Virus record (IMG/VR): IMGVR_UViG_3300031651_000020
Span: 1-24,226 of that record
Direction: 5' to 3' (one strand)
DNA length: 24,226 nt
Source of the DNA: a virus
Taxonomy: Duplodnaviria; Caudoviricetes
Part shown: positions 1 to 8,404 of the stretch, piece by piece
Position numbering within the stretch: position 1 is the stretch's first letter
Layout: the number at the start of each line of letters is the position of its first letter
The notes under the pieces: generated by a model
Seen by the model: only the letters and a program-made list of their open reading frames with translations
Told to the model about the DNA's origin: nothing
The model's database searches: none
Translations under genes and position numbers: made by a program

Positions 1-282
1 GAGTTGGTATCAAGGGTTCATCCGACACAAAAACCAGTTGGATTATTTATAAGCATACTTAATGACTTTGGGGGAAATTCTATTTTGGATTCTTTCCTAG
101 GTTCAGGTACAACTCTAATCGCCTGCGAAAAACTTAACCGCATCTGCTATGGCATGGAAATTGAACCCCTGTATATTCAAGTCTGTCTCGATAGATGGGC
201 TAATTTTACAGGAAATGATCCCATAAGAGAAGACGGGAAAAAGTGGAGCGAAATGAAAGCAGAAATTTCAGAGGGAGCGTGA
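1..282 (+). CDS. DNA modification methyltransferase (N6/N4 family), C-terminal part; begins before the window
   Basis: HPTQKPV and ILDSFLGSGTTLIACEKLNRICYGMEI (SAM-binding motif); such methylases often sit just upstream of phage terminase genes. Confidence 0.9.
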   Translation, partial: ELVSRVHPTQKPVGLFISILNDFGGNSILDSFLGSGTTLIACEKLNRICYGMEIEPLYIQVCLDRWANFTGNDPIREDGKKWSEMKAEISEGA

Positions 283-834
283 AGCATGCCATCGAATTAT
301 AGCACAGGAACGACAATAAAGGCTTCGTCCTTTGGTTTGTTTGCCACAATCAATACAGGTTCTTGGCCTTCTTTTTGGAAGGAAGTTTTTATTGTGAATT
401 TTGCCATGACAATCAATGCAATAAGAAATGCCATTGTCAATATTAAACCTCAGTTCGGGATACTTGGAAAATGGTTTTATGTGGTGGGCATGAAGCTCTT
501 TTTTGTTCCCACATTTTTGGCAAGTATAGTTGTCTCGTTTAAAAACTGCTTCACGCCATTCCTTCAATTGATTAGAAAGGCGAGCTCTTTCACGAAACAT
601 AGACTTACCGTCTTTAAAGGCATTGCCACGAGTCCCCCGACGAGCACAAGAACGAGAACAAAATCTTTGAATTCTTATATAAGCCTTAAAGGGCTTTTGG
701 CAGAATTCACAGATTTTATTATCTGGAGGATTTCTATTATTCCAACATTTTTTACTGCAGTATTTAGAGTTTTCAGACCTATAAGGAAAGGCCCTATATT
801 CTTGTCCACAAATAACACAACTTTTCTTAACCAT
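268..834 (-). CDS. HNH endonuclease with Cys-rich zinc-binding repeats, antisense to the operon
   Basis: WREAVFKRDNYTCQKCG...LHAHHIKPF...NIDNGISYCIDCHGKIH HNH core; several CxxC...CSxxC motifs. Start placed at ATG 834 because the ORF track's TTG (870) is part of the -35 box. Confidence 0.9.
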   Translation of the reverse strand: MVKKSCVICGQEYRAFPYRSENSKYCSKKCWNNRNPPDNKICEFCQKPFKAYIRIQRFCSRSCARRGTRGNAFKDGKSMFRERARLSNQLKEWREAVFKRDNYTCQKCGNKKELHAHHIKPFSKYPELRFNIDNGISYCIDCHGKIHNKNFLPKRRPRTCIDCGKQTKGRSLYCRSCAIIRWHASRSL

Positions 835-936
835 CTCATAAATTATAACAAAAATTACATAGCAAGTCAACCGACAACAAACTACTGCGAGGATACCCCA
901 GAAGAAGAGATAAGGGCAACGAGGGAAAATGGCTAG
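286..936 (+). other. 216-codon operon-strand ORF antisense to HNH-1 (candidate translational bridge ORF)
   Basis: GAGGGAG at 271-277; ATG 3 nt after the methylase stop; TAG overlaps the terS start; codon-aligned with the HNH gene; no recognisable protein family. Confidence 0.45.
842..870 (-). promoter_or_regulatory. sigma70-type promoter for the first HNH gene (predicted leaderless mRNA)
   Basis: Minus strand TTGACT (870-865), 17 nt spacer ending TGT (extended -10), TATAAT (847-842), 7 nt, then ATG at 834; no Shine-Dalgarno. Confidence 0.8.
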
Positions 937-1483
937 AAAGACTAAATATAATGATGATTTTCCTCTGCTTGCCGAAGACTATGCCAGAAAGGGGATGATA
1001 GACAAGGATATTGCCAGAAAGTTTGGGATATCGCAAGAGACTTTTTATCAATATGTGAAGAAATATCCTGAATTTTCTGATGCCTTAAAAAGAGGCAAAG
1101 CCCCTGTTGACGTGGAGGTCGAGAATGCTCTTCTTAAAAGAGCTCGAGGATATGAATATGAGGAGACTACGGTAGAGTATAGGCCTGGCAAGGAAGGCGA
1201 GGAAAAGGCGAGTCCTGTGTCGATAAGGAAGACAAAGAAACAGGTTTTGCCCGATACGACCGCCCAGATATTCTGGCTGAAGAACCGCCGGTCGAAAGAC
1301 TGGAAAGACAAGCAGGACATAGAAGTCACCAATAAGCAAGAGGATGCGGTCATTGAAAGTCTCAAATTATTATTCAAGGAGGTTGGCGTTTTAAATGTCG
1401 ACGAATTTGTCACTCAATTCAAGAAGCTCTCCGGAGGAAACGGAAAGGGAGAAACAAAACTTCTGGTCGCGGCCGGAAAGTAG
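929..1483 (+). CDS. terS: Terminase small subunit
   Basis: N-terminal HTH (DKDIARKFGISQETFYQY..YPEFSDALKRGK), VENALLKRARGY, PDTTAQIFWLKNRR..W.DKQ; directly upstream of terL. Confidence 0.88.
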   Translation: MARKTKYNDDFPLLAEDYARKGMIDKDIARKFGISQETFYQYVKKYPEFSDALKRGKAPVDVEVENALLKRARGYEYEETTVEYRPGKEGEEKASPVSIRKTKKQVLPDTTAQIFWLKNRRSKDWKDKQDIEVTNKQEDAVIESLKLLFKEVGVLNVDEFVTQFKKLSGGNGKGETKLLVAAGK

Positions 1484-2888
1484 TTTATTCCAGCGTTCCT
1501 GTATAGAGTTGCTTCGGGAGAAAGGGTTAAAGACAGAGGCGGATGTCTACGCGCTTCTGCAATGGCTGAAAGGCCCGATAGTTTCGACTAAGCGAATATG
1601 CAATAATCCTGAACACACCGCCCCGTTCAAGTTTGTGGCTGACATCCTCTTGGATAGGGTCAGAGACTATATAGTCTGGGCAAATAGATCTGGCTCTAAG
1701 TCTTACCTAGCTGGTTTAATAACGTGGGTGAGGAGCTCGTTCAATCCTAAAGTAGAAACAACGATTCTGGGAGGTTCTTTTGAGCAATCGGAGAAATCCT
1801 ATAAGGCTATGATGGACTTCTGGAAATCCACAGGGTTGCAGGACGCATATTTGGCTGTTGAGCCAAGAAAGAGCGAGATGCTATGGAAGAACGGCAGTTT
1901 GGTTTCAGTCCTGACGGCCTCGACGAAATCGACAAGAGGCCCTCACAGCCAGAAATTGATATTGGATGAAATCGACGAGATGGACGATGAGGTTTACAAA
2001 GCAGCATTGTCTATACCTCAAAGCAAATTCGACATAAAGGCCTCTATCGGCAAGCTATCTACAAATCATAAAACTGGCGGAGTAATGGACAACGCATTAG
2101 AGAAGGCCACCAACGGCGGCGGCATAAAGATATATAAGTGGTGCGTTTTTGATGCGATCGAAAGTTGTAAAGACTATAGTTGCTCAACCTGCAAGCTGTC
2201 TCCGTATTGTCCTGGAAAGCAGATGAAAACTGCAAACGGCTATTATAAAATAGAAGACTTTATTCAGAAGCTGTATGAGCTGAGCGACATGACATTGCAA
2301 GTCGAATGGCTATCAAATAAAGTTGGCAGGGACGATCTTGTTTATGGGGCTCAGTATGATAAGATGATACACAGTCCCCTAGACTTGCCCGGCTTTAATC
2401 CTAGCAAGCCTGTTTATCTTTCGATAGACTGGGGAGGAACAAATCCCTTCTCGGTTGGCGTCTGGCAGAAATTCCCTATAGGCTGGGTTAGGGTAGACGA
2501 GGTTTATATTGGCAACACAACAAACAAGAGAGTTATGAAAGAATGTAAAGTTAGGCCTTGGTGGAAGAAGATCAAGGAGGGAGTGGCAGATCCGGCTCGT
2601 GCTGACTTGAGGCGTGAATGGGACGACATAGGTGTGTCTTTGTATCGAGGAGACACGGATGTTGACGAAGGGATAGAGGCAGTTAGAGACGCCCTGGCTC
2701 CCGTTCTTGGCAACCCGCTTTTCTATGTCAACAGAAAGTGCAAGGCTTGGATTAGAGAGGTTGGTAGCTATTCGGAAAAGAATGGAGTGCCCATTAAAGA
2801 AAACGATCACACGTGCGACGAAACGAAGTATTTTGTGCGAAGATATATAAAGAAAAAGAGAGAGCCCGGGGTTCGGAGGGTGGCATAA
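1395..2888 (+). CDS. terL: Terminase large subunit
   Basis: Walker A-like ANRSGSKS, Walker B LILDEIDE, RNase H-like nuclease motifs LSIDWGGTNP and NDHTCD; AAGGAGGT upstream; lies between terS and portal. Confidence 0.92.
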   Translation: MSTNLSLNSRSSPEETEREKQNFWSRPESSLFQRSCIELLREKGLKTEADVYALLQWLKGPIVSTKRICNNPEHTAPFKFVADILLDRVRDYIVWANRSGSKSYLAGLITWVRSSFNPKVETTILGGSFEQSEKSYKAMMDFWKSTGLQDAYLAVEPRKSEMLWKNGSLVSVLTASTKSTRGPHSQKLILDEIDEMDDEVYKAALSIPQSKFDIKASIGKLSTNHKTGGVMDNALEKATNGGGIKIYKWCVFDAIESCKDYSCSTCKLSPYCPGKQMKTANGYYKIEDFIQKLYELSDMTLQVEWLSNKVGRDDLVYGAQYDKMIHSPLDLPGFNPSKPVYLSIDWGGTNPFSVGVWQKFPIGWVRVDEVYIGNTTNKRVMKECKVRPWWKKIKEGVADPARADLRREWDDIGVSLYRGDTDVDEGIEAVRDALAPVLGNPLFYVNRKCKAWIREVGSYSEKNGVPIKENDHTCDETKYFVRRYIKKKREPGVRRVA

Positions 2889-2890
2889 CA

Positions 2891-4333
2891 ATGAAAATAC
2901 CGATAAATATAAATTACAGCAAAAGAAGGAGAGTTTTAAGCATTGGGCTTAAAGCAAGGGGTTGGTCTTCTCCAGACGTTGGGGATGAAAGCATCTGGGG
3001 AGGAAGCAATACATGGGGGGAAGGTGTCGAAGAACGATTAAGCGACCCGTCCTCGCAGTTGGAATACAATAAAAGCTGGGTCTATATATGTGTCCAGTAC
3101 AATGCCAGGCAGATATCTAGGCAGAAGCTAAGGCTGTATGTTAAAAAACAGAAGGGTTCTCCCGGATACAAAGTTACGCCGACAAGAAAGGTTGAAAAAG
3201 AACAGCTCAAATTCCTGTATGAAAATCCGGGTCTTAGGCTTTGGTTGGGCAAGGATGTGGAAATAGAAGAGGTGCTTTTACATCCATTCTTAACGATGAT
3301 GGAAAGCGTCAATCCTTTGCTGAATCAGGCTGATTTATGGATGCTTACAGAGAGCTTCATGGGCATAACAGGCAATAGTTACTGGTGGATCAGGAAGAAC
3401 AAGCTGGGAGTGCCGTGGCAACTCTGGGTTATGGAAACTCAGTACATGAAGCCGGCGATAGGGAAGACTTTTGATGATTACATTCAAGGATTTGTTTATA
3501 GGGTTGGGACGAATGAAGTGCCTTTTGATGTTGAGGAAATAGTCCACCACAAGTACCCGAACCTGAGAAGCAGAGCGGTAGGGATGAGTCCGATAGAAGG
3601 GTTGGCGGATCCGGTGACGGTCAACGCCCAGATATACAAGTATGAACACGCGATATTCAAGAACCAGGCAAGGCCGGATGCAGTCCTTGAATCAGACGAG
3701 GACTTGACGACTACGCAGTATAATCGTGTTAAGAAGAATTGGCAAAAGACATACGGAGGGGTAGATAAAACAGGGCAGGTAGCTTTACTGGAAGGCGGAC
3801 TGAAGTACAAACCGATATCTATAAGACCGAGGGACCTGAATCATCTTGAGGGGAGAAAGCTGACCCGGGAAGAGATCGCAGACGGTCTTGGCGTACCCAT
3901 GCCTTTATTGTCACCCGACAAGTCTAACCTGGCAAACGCAACGGTAGCTTACAGGCAGTATATGAGAGATACCATTGACCCGAAACTAAAGCTTTACGAG
4001 CAGAAAATGAATGAACAGCTTTTGAAACTTTATGATGATGGCAGCATTTTTTGTGCTTTTGATAATTGTATACCCGAGGACAGGGACTTCCAGCTCAAGG
4101 AAATGGAGTCCAGGCTCAAGACGGCATACAGTTCTGTCAATCAGGAGAGAGCAAAGAGAGGGGAAGACGAGGTTGACTGGGGGGATGTTCCTATACTTCC
4201 AATGAACATGCTTCCATTTGGCAGTGCGCCGGCTATCCCCCCAAAGAAAGAAAGCAAAGGAATAAAGATAGCCGATAATTTCGAGGAGTTGGCTGACGGT
4301 GTTGCGAAGGCAATAATGAAGAAAATAAAATGA
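2891..4333 (+). CDS. Phage portal protein (HK97 family)
   Basis: WVYICV, GITGNSYW, EEIVHHKY, GMSPI, ALLEGGLKY, EEIADGLGVP, SSVNQER motifs; start moved to ATG 2891 (GGAGGG SD, just after the terL stop). Confidence 0.93.
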   Translation: MKIPININYSKRRRVLSIGLKARGWSSPDVGDESIWGGSNTWGEGVEERLSDPSSQLEYNKSWVYICVQYNARQISRQKLRLYVKKQKGSPGYKVTPTRKVEKEQLKFLYENPGLRLWLGKDVEIEEVLLHPFLTMMESVNPLLNQADLWMLTESFMGITGNSYWWIRKNKLGVPWQLWVMETQYMKPAIGKTFDDYIQGFVYRVGTNEVPFDVEEIVHHKYPNLRSRAVGMSPIEGLADPVTVNAQIYKYEHAIFKNQARPDAVLESDEDLTTTQYNRVKKNWQKTYGGVDKTGQVALLEGGLKYKPISIRPRDLNHLEGRKLTREEIADGLGVPMPLLSPDKSNLANATVAYRQYMRDTIDPKLKLYEQKMNEQLLKLYDDGSIFCAFDNCIPEDRDFQLKEMESRLKTAYSSVNQERAKRGEDEVDWGDVPILPMNMLPFGSAPAIPPKKESKGIKIADNFEELADGVAKAIMKKIK

Positions 4334-5250
4334 GAGACGTCAACCTGAAAGAGAAATTCTGCAATTGTGTTTCCGATAAGTTGCTGGAGTATATCGTTAA
4401 GGAAAAAATAATAGCCATGATTGCAAAAGCGATCTACGGTAAGGCAATAGAAAAAAGTAAAGAGATTTTAAAGAGAAATAGGCCACAGGAGTTTTTGAGA
4501 CGCAATGAGAAGTTTATAGTGAAATACGAACGGAAGCTCAGAAAGAGATATAGCGAAATGGAAAAAGAGGTTCTTGGAAAAATTAAATATTTGTATGAAA
4601 TTTACAATAAAAGCAGTAAAGATGGGTTCGACGTTAACCAATGGCTGTTTAACAGGCAGAAGTGGCGTGGAACATTGACGGCAGATGGCAAATTATTGAC
4701 AGCTACTCCGCTTGAATCGGGAGGCCAATATGCCTTGGATGACCTTGGCCTTGAGATAGCATTTGACAAGATGGACCCGAGAGTGATTGAATGGATAGCG
4801 ACAAACTCGAAAAACGCCGCCTGGTCAATAACAGACACACAGCATGAAAAGCTGAGAACAAGCCTAATGGAAGGGATAGCTGATGGCGAAAGCATCCCAA
4901 AGATCAGAGCCCGGGTGGCAGAGATATTCGCAGCATCGAGAGCCAGAGCTACGCTGATAGCGAGAACGGAAACCCTGAAGGCATCGAACAGAGGCGGTTG
5001 GATAGGTATGATGCAGAGTGGAGTGGTTGAGGGGAAGCAGTGGTTAAGTACGATGGACGCACGTTGCTGTCCGGAATGCGCAGAAATGGATGGAGCGACC
5101 ATGCCTTTAGAAGAGCCATTTTTTAAGCTGGGCGAAGAGCATACTTTTGAAACAGGTAAAACCATGCCTTTTGATTATGAGGAAATCCAGCATTGTCCAT
5201 TACACCCAGACTGCCGATGCACACTTTTGGCTATTTTAAAGGAAGTTTAA
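4330..5250 (+). CDS. Minor head morphogenesis protein (SPP1 gp7 / Mu F-like)
   Basis: RATLIARTET, KQWLSTMDARCCPECAEMDG, PLHPDCRCTL; ATGA overlap with the portal stop. Confidence 0.9.
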   Translation: MRDVNLKEKFCNCVSDKLLEYIVKEKIIAMIAKAIYGKAIEKSKEILKRNRPQEFLRRNEKFIVKYERKLRKRYSEMEKEVLGKIKYLYEIYNKSSKDGFDVNQWLFNRQKWRGTLTADGKLLTATPLESGGQYALDDLGLEIAFDKMDPRVIEWIATNSKNAAWSITDTQHEKLRTSLMEGIADGESIPKIRARVAEIFAASRARATLIARTETLKASNRGGWIGMMQSGVVEGKQWLSTMDARCCPECAEMDGATMPLEEPFFKLGEEHTFETGKTMPFDYEEIQHCPLHPDCRCTLLAILKEV

Positions 5251-5296
5251 TGCGGTTAATGAATAGAAACATGAAAATAATTTTAGGAGGGTTAAA

Positions 5297-6802
5297 ATGG
5301 CAAAGGAAATATTGACACAAAGACTAAAGCTTTCTGAGATAAAAGTTTCTTGGAACGATTTAAGGGAAGAGGCGATAAAAGATATATTGAAAAGTCCCAA
5401 AGTGCCTTACCGCAGCGCCGGGGATATTCCTTTTATCCGGAAGTTTTATGTTCAGGACAAGAAGGTGACGAAGGGCTTGCCGGAAGGGCAGGTACGGCAT
5501 TACATATCGACAATGGCTTTGGACAGAGACCATGAGATAATGATGCCGAAAGGAGCTAAGCTCAAGAACTACAAGAAGAATCCGATGGTTTTGTGGTCTC
5601 ATAACCCTTCGGATCCTGATAATATTATAGGCAAAAACCTCGAAATTGAACATGATGAGAAAGGCTTGGTGGCTCTGACGCAGTTCATTCTGACGAGCCC
5701 AAAGGCGGCAAGCATTTATAACTTGTTCAAAGAAGATTGGCTGAGGATGTGGTCGGTTGGATTCATACCGCTGAAAGGTCATAAACCAGAAAAGGGGGAC
5801 GGAAAGCTTTCAATTTCCATAGGTGAGCCCCCGAAGTCAGGTGAGGTGAGGTATGTCCATGACGTCTGGGAATTGTTGGAATACTCGGCCTGTGCTGTCC
5901 CATCGAATCCAGAAGCGGCGACTCTGGAAGTGGCTAAAGGTTACGACTTATCAGACGATCTGATTAAGGAGATGGGATTGAATCTTGAAAACATAAACAG
6001 GTTGAAGGCCAAGTTAGAAGGAGGGAAAGAGGATGGCAAAAAAATTATCGACTTGGGGGCTTTGAGTAAAGATGATAAGAAAAAAGAAGAACTCAAAGAG
6101 GAAAAGAAGGATGAGGATAAAACACAGGCGGAAGTTAAAGGGGCAATCCCTTACGCAGATCATGGAGCAGCAGATGAGGGAACAGCTTGGGATGGACCGA
6201 GAGAGATAAGGGAAGCAGATGTTGATGCGCTGAAAATAATCTGCGCATGGTATGATTCAGGAAATGCAGACAAAAAATCAAGCTATAAGTTGCCACATCA
6301 CAGAGCAGGAGACAAGAAGGCTGTATGGCGCGGGGTTTCGGCAGCTATGGGGGCATTGCTTGGGGCTCGTGGCGGAGTAGTAATCCCGGGTGGAGACAGG
6401 AAAAGCGTCTATGATCATCTGAAATCGCATTATAAACATTGGGACAAGGAGCCTCCTGACTTTAAAGATTACAGCGATGAGGAATTGACGGAAATATTTC
6501 CTGAGGAAAAGAAAGCAAAATATGAATGTGAATGTATTAAATGTGGTTATAAGATGGGAAGTGACGAACATTGTGCTGATATAAAATGCCCGAAATGCGG
6601 AGGAGAAATGAGAAGGGTAGAGCGTCCGGGGCCGGGTAGGAGTGATGAAGAGGAAGCAAGAAAGCAATTAGGGCTTACTGTTGAGGAATATGAAAATCTT
6701 AATTGGGATAGCGTAGAGGGCTTAGACCCGGAAGAGTTCAAAAAACTTTATGAAGAAGGTGAGAAAATTAGTGATGAGGAAGTTGGATATTATGAGCAAT
6801 AA
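5297..6802 (+). CDS. HK97-type prohead protease with C-terminal accessory domains
   Basis: DRDHEI..KG, KNPMVLWSH, MWSVGFIP, WELLEYSACAVPSNPEA protease motifs; then a charged linker, a YKLPHH...VWRGV.AAMGALLGARGG domain and a Cys zinc ribbon; AGGAGG SD. Confidence 0.9.
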   Translation: MAKEILTQRLKLSEIKVSWNDLREEAIKDILKSPKVPYRSAGDIPFIRKFYVQDKKVTKGLPEGQVRHYISTMALDRDHEIMMPKGAKLKNYKKNPMVLWSHNPSDPDNIIGKNLEIEHDEKGLVALTQFILTSPKAASIYNLFKEDWLRMWSVGFIPLKGHKPEKGDGKLSISIGEPPKSGEVRYVHDVWELLEYSACAVPSNPEAATLEVAKGYDLSDDLIKEMGLNLENINRLKAKLEGGKEDGKKIIDLGALSKDDKKKEELKEEKKDEDKTQAEVKGAIPYADHGAADEGTAWDGPREIREADVDALKIICAWYDSGNADKKSSYKLPHHRAGDKKAVWRGVSAAMGALLGARGGVVIPGGDRKSVYDHLKSHYKHWDKEPPDFKDYSDEELTEIFPEEKKAKYECECIKCGYKMGSDEHCADIKCPKCGGEMRRVERPGPGRSDEEEARKQLGLTVEEYENLNWDSVEGLDPEEFKKLYEEGEKISDEEVGYYEQ

Positions 6803-7322
6803 GAATAGATTCAAGTTTAAAAATATAATTTTTCATTTTTCTAATTGTATAGTGTTCGCTGTTAGGATGAAGTTCAAGATTTTCAAGAGAATTATTAGTT
6901 TTATTCCCATCTTTATGATGAACATGTTCCCAAGTTTCAAGAGGACGATCAAGAGATTTAGACATTACAAAACGATGTTCATAGATTTCGCCTCTTTTGT
7001 CAGCCATTGGATGATGCTTCCCAAGAAATATTTTTATATATCCATGATTAGTAGGTTTTCGTTGAAGAGGACGATTTCTATTCTTTTCTTCCCATGTAAG
7101 AAAACGATAGCAATTCTTACAAACACCAGTAAAAATGCCAGTTTTCAATCTTTTCAAAACTATGTCTTTCCGCCATGCACGAATATTGCCACATTTACCA
7201 CAAGATATATTAATCATAAGCCTTTTTGCCCCATTTGGATCAACTTTTTGAAATTCGTTTTCCCAATGAATTATCGATTTAGATTTAAGAATTTGATTTT
7301 TCAAAATTGTTTTCTTTTTCAT
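6768..7322 (-). CDS. HNH endonuclease (HNH_3-like), antisense to the operon
   Basis: GYIKIF...HPMAD..G.IYEHRFVM...L.RPL...EHVHHKDGNKTNNSLENLEL; AT-rich. Confidence 0.92.
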   Translation of the reverse strand: MKKKTILKNQILKSKSIIHWENEFQKVDPNGAKRLMINISCGKCGNIRAWRKDIVLKRLKTGIFTGVCKNCYRFLTWEEKNRNRPLQRKPTNHGYIKIFLGKHHPMADKRGEIYEHRFVMSKSLDRPLETWEHVHHKDGNKTNNSLENLELHPNSEHYTIRKMKNYIFKLESILIAHNIQLPHH

Positions 7323-7329
7323 AATATGA

Positions 7330-7358
7330 ATTATACCATATTAAAAGGAACAATTCAA
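7330..7358 (-). promoter_or_regulatory. sigma70-type promoter for the second HNH gene (predicted leaderless mRNA)
   Basis: Minus strand TTGAAT (7358-7353), 17 nt spacer ending TGG, TATAAT (7335-7330), 7 nt, then ATG at 7322; no SD. Confidence 0.8.
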
Positions 7359-7371
7359 GAGGAGGTGTAAC

Positions 7372-8052
7372 ATGCCATTTCCACAAGAACATTCATGCCG
7401 ATTAAAAAATCCTAATTTATTCACGCCTGGGTCATTCCGGAGCTACTCAAGAACGAGTGACGGCAAGAAATACCGAGTCATAGCAGGAAGGCTGAAGGGT
7501 GAAACGACAATGACAGAGCAGGGATTCAGGTATCCGAAGGATGCATGGACTTCGGCACAGGCAAGCAAGCATTGCAAAGATCATGACGGAATCAAGTTCG
7601 AGCCGGCGAAAGAAGTAGAGACATTGGACATTGACATTGCAAAGAATCTGTTAGAGGAGTTTAGCTTACTGAAAAATGACATAATGGAGATGAGATCAGG
7701 CAGAGTAATCTCGGCAAAGAACCGGAGGCTGCTCACGGATTGTCACGGCAAGATGAATGAGGCGGCACAAGCGTTGGCTGTTTTGTTGAAAGAAACAGCG
7801 GTAGAGGAAGAGAGAGATTCTGAGTCTGAGGCTGAGGAAGAGGAAAGGAGCGGAGACGACAAAAAATTAAAAATAAATTTTGAATTAGCGAAGTTGAAGC
7901 CACCAGTTAAAGCCGTCAAGGATGGTGATAAAGTGATAAAAGTTATTGACAAAGAGCAGGCCAAAAAGTTGGCTGAGGAACTCGTAGAGAAATTGGATTT
8001 GAGAAAAATAGTGCAGGAGAAGCTTGACTTTTTAAAAGGAAAAGTGCAATAA
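7372..8052 (+). CDS. Head assembly protein resembling the C-terminal/scaffold part of prohead proteases
   Basis: GAGGAGGT SD; PFPQEHSCRL...RYPKDAWT..A..HC..H.G..FEPA domain, then GRVISAKNRRLL and an acidic helical tail; lies between protease and capsid genes. Confidence 0.7.
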   Translation: MPFPQEHSCRLKNPNLFTPGSFRSYSRTSDGKKYRVIAGRLKGETTMTEQGFRYPKDAWTSAQASKHCKDHDGIKFEPAKEVETLDIDIAKNLLEEFSLLKNDIMEMRSGRVISAKNRRLLTDCHGKMNEAAQALAVLLKETAVEEERDSESEAEEEERSGDDKKLKINFELAKLKPPVKAVKDGDKVIKVIDKEQAKKLAEELVEKLDLRKIVQEKLDFLKGKVQ

Positions 8053-8277
8053 AGAAGAAATGACTATTAATATAACTACACACACATCGACTGAACTTGT
8101 TCACTACGGTCAAATAGCGAACTTGATAACTTCTTTATTAACAATAACTTAGGATGTAATGACTAAAAAAGGAACAAAATAGTTGAAAATATGATAAATA
8201 GTGATTATTTTATGAATAACGCTTTTAAAGTCCATTTAAGGACTATTTGAGATAGCATCTATTCTTGATTTTTGAGT

Positions 8278-8404
8278 AGATTTTAGTGAAGTAGCTGCCA
8301 GTAGAAAATGAAGCGAGCCCGGAGTAGCCGAAAGGCGAAGTGCTTGCGGAGTAATTTTCAAGGGGCAGTGAAGCGGAGTTGAAAGAGGTTGAGACTAGAA
8401 ATTT
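8278..8404 (+). ncRNA. Candidate structured cis-RNA in the capsid gene leader
   Basis: Nested helices GCTGCC/GGCAGT, GAAAAT/ATTTTC, GCGAGC/GCTTGC, GCC-GAAA-GGC, separated by AGUA/GAA internal loops; closing stem TTTTAGT/ACTAGAA next to the SD. Confidence 0.6.

Larger units (their letters stand above)
6750..7370 (+). other. ~200-codon operon-strand ORF antisense to HNH-2 (candidate translational bridge ORF)
   Basis: In-frame ATGs at 6750, 6774 and 6792 lie within the end of the protease gene; TAA at 7368-7370 is 1 nt before the next ATG; codon-aligned with HNH-2. Confidence 0.45.

Noticed and set aside
2813-2890. Longer ORF-track starts for portal (also 16866, 18275, 18742)
   Set aside because: For portal, 18350 and 18751 the downstream ATG has an SD or stop/start overlap and avoids long overlap with the upstream gene; 16878 is preferred only as an ATG over the TTG at 16866.
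1048-6741. Minus-strand and off-frame ORFs inside terS, terL, portal, minor head and protease genes
   Set aside because: Nested in well-supported genes, no recognisable domains; unlike the HNH cases, I saw no promoter or end-coupling.
6750-7370. Self-splicing group I intron carrying HNH-2
   Set aside because: The HNH is antisense to the operon transcript and fills almost the whole insert, leaving no room for a ribozyme core; the downstream ORF has its own strong SD.
8060-8250. Short ORFs (30, 7 and 19 aa) and a possible promoter TTGAAA-17-TATTTT (8183-8211) in the AT-rich gap
   Set aside because: Such matches are expected by chance in very AT-rich DNA; plausible but not supportable alone.
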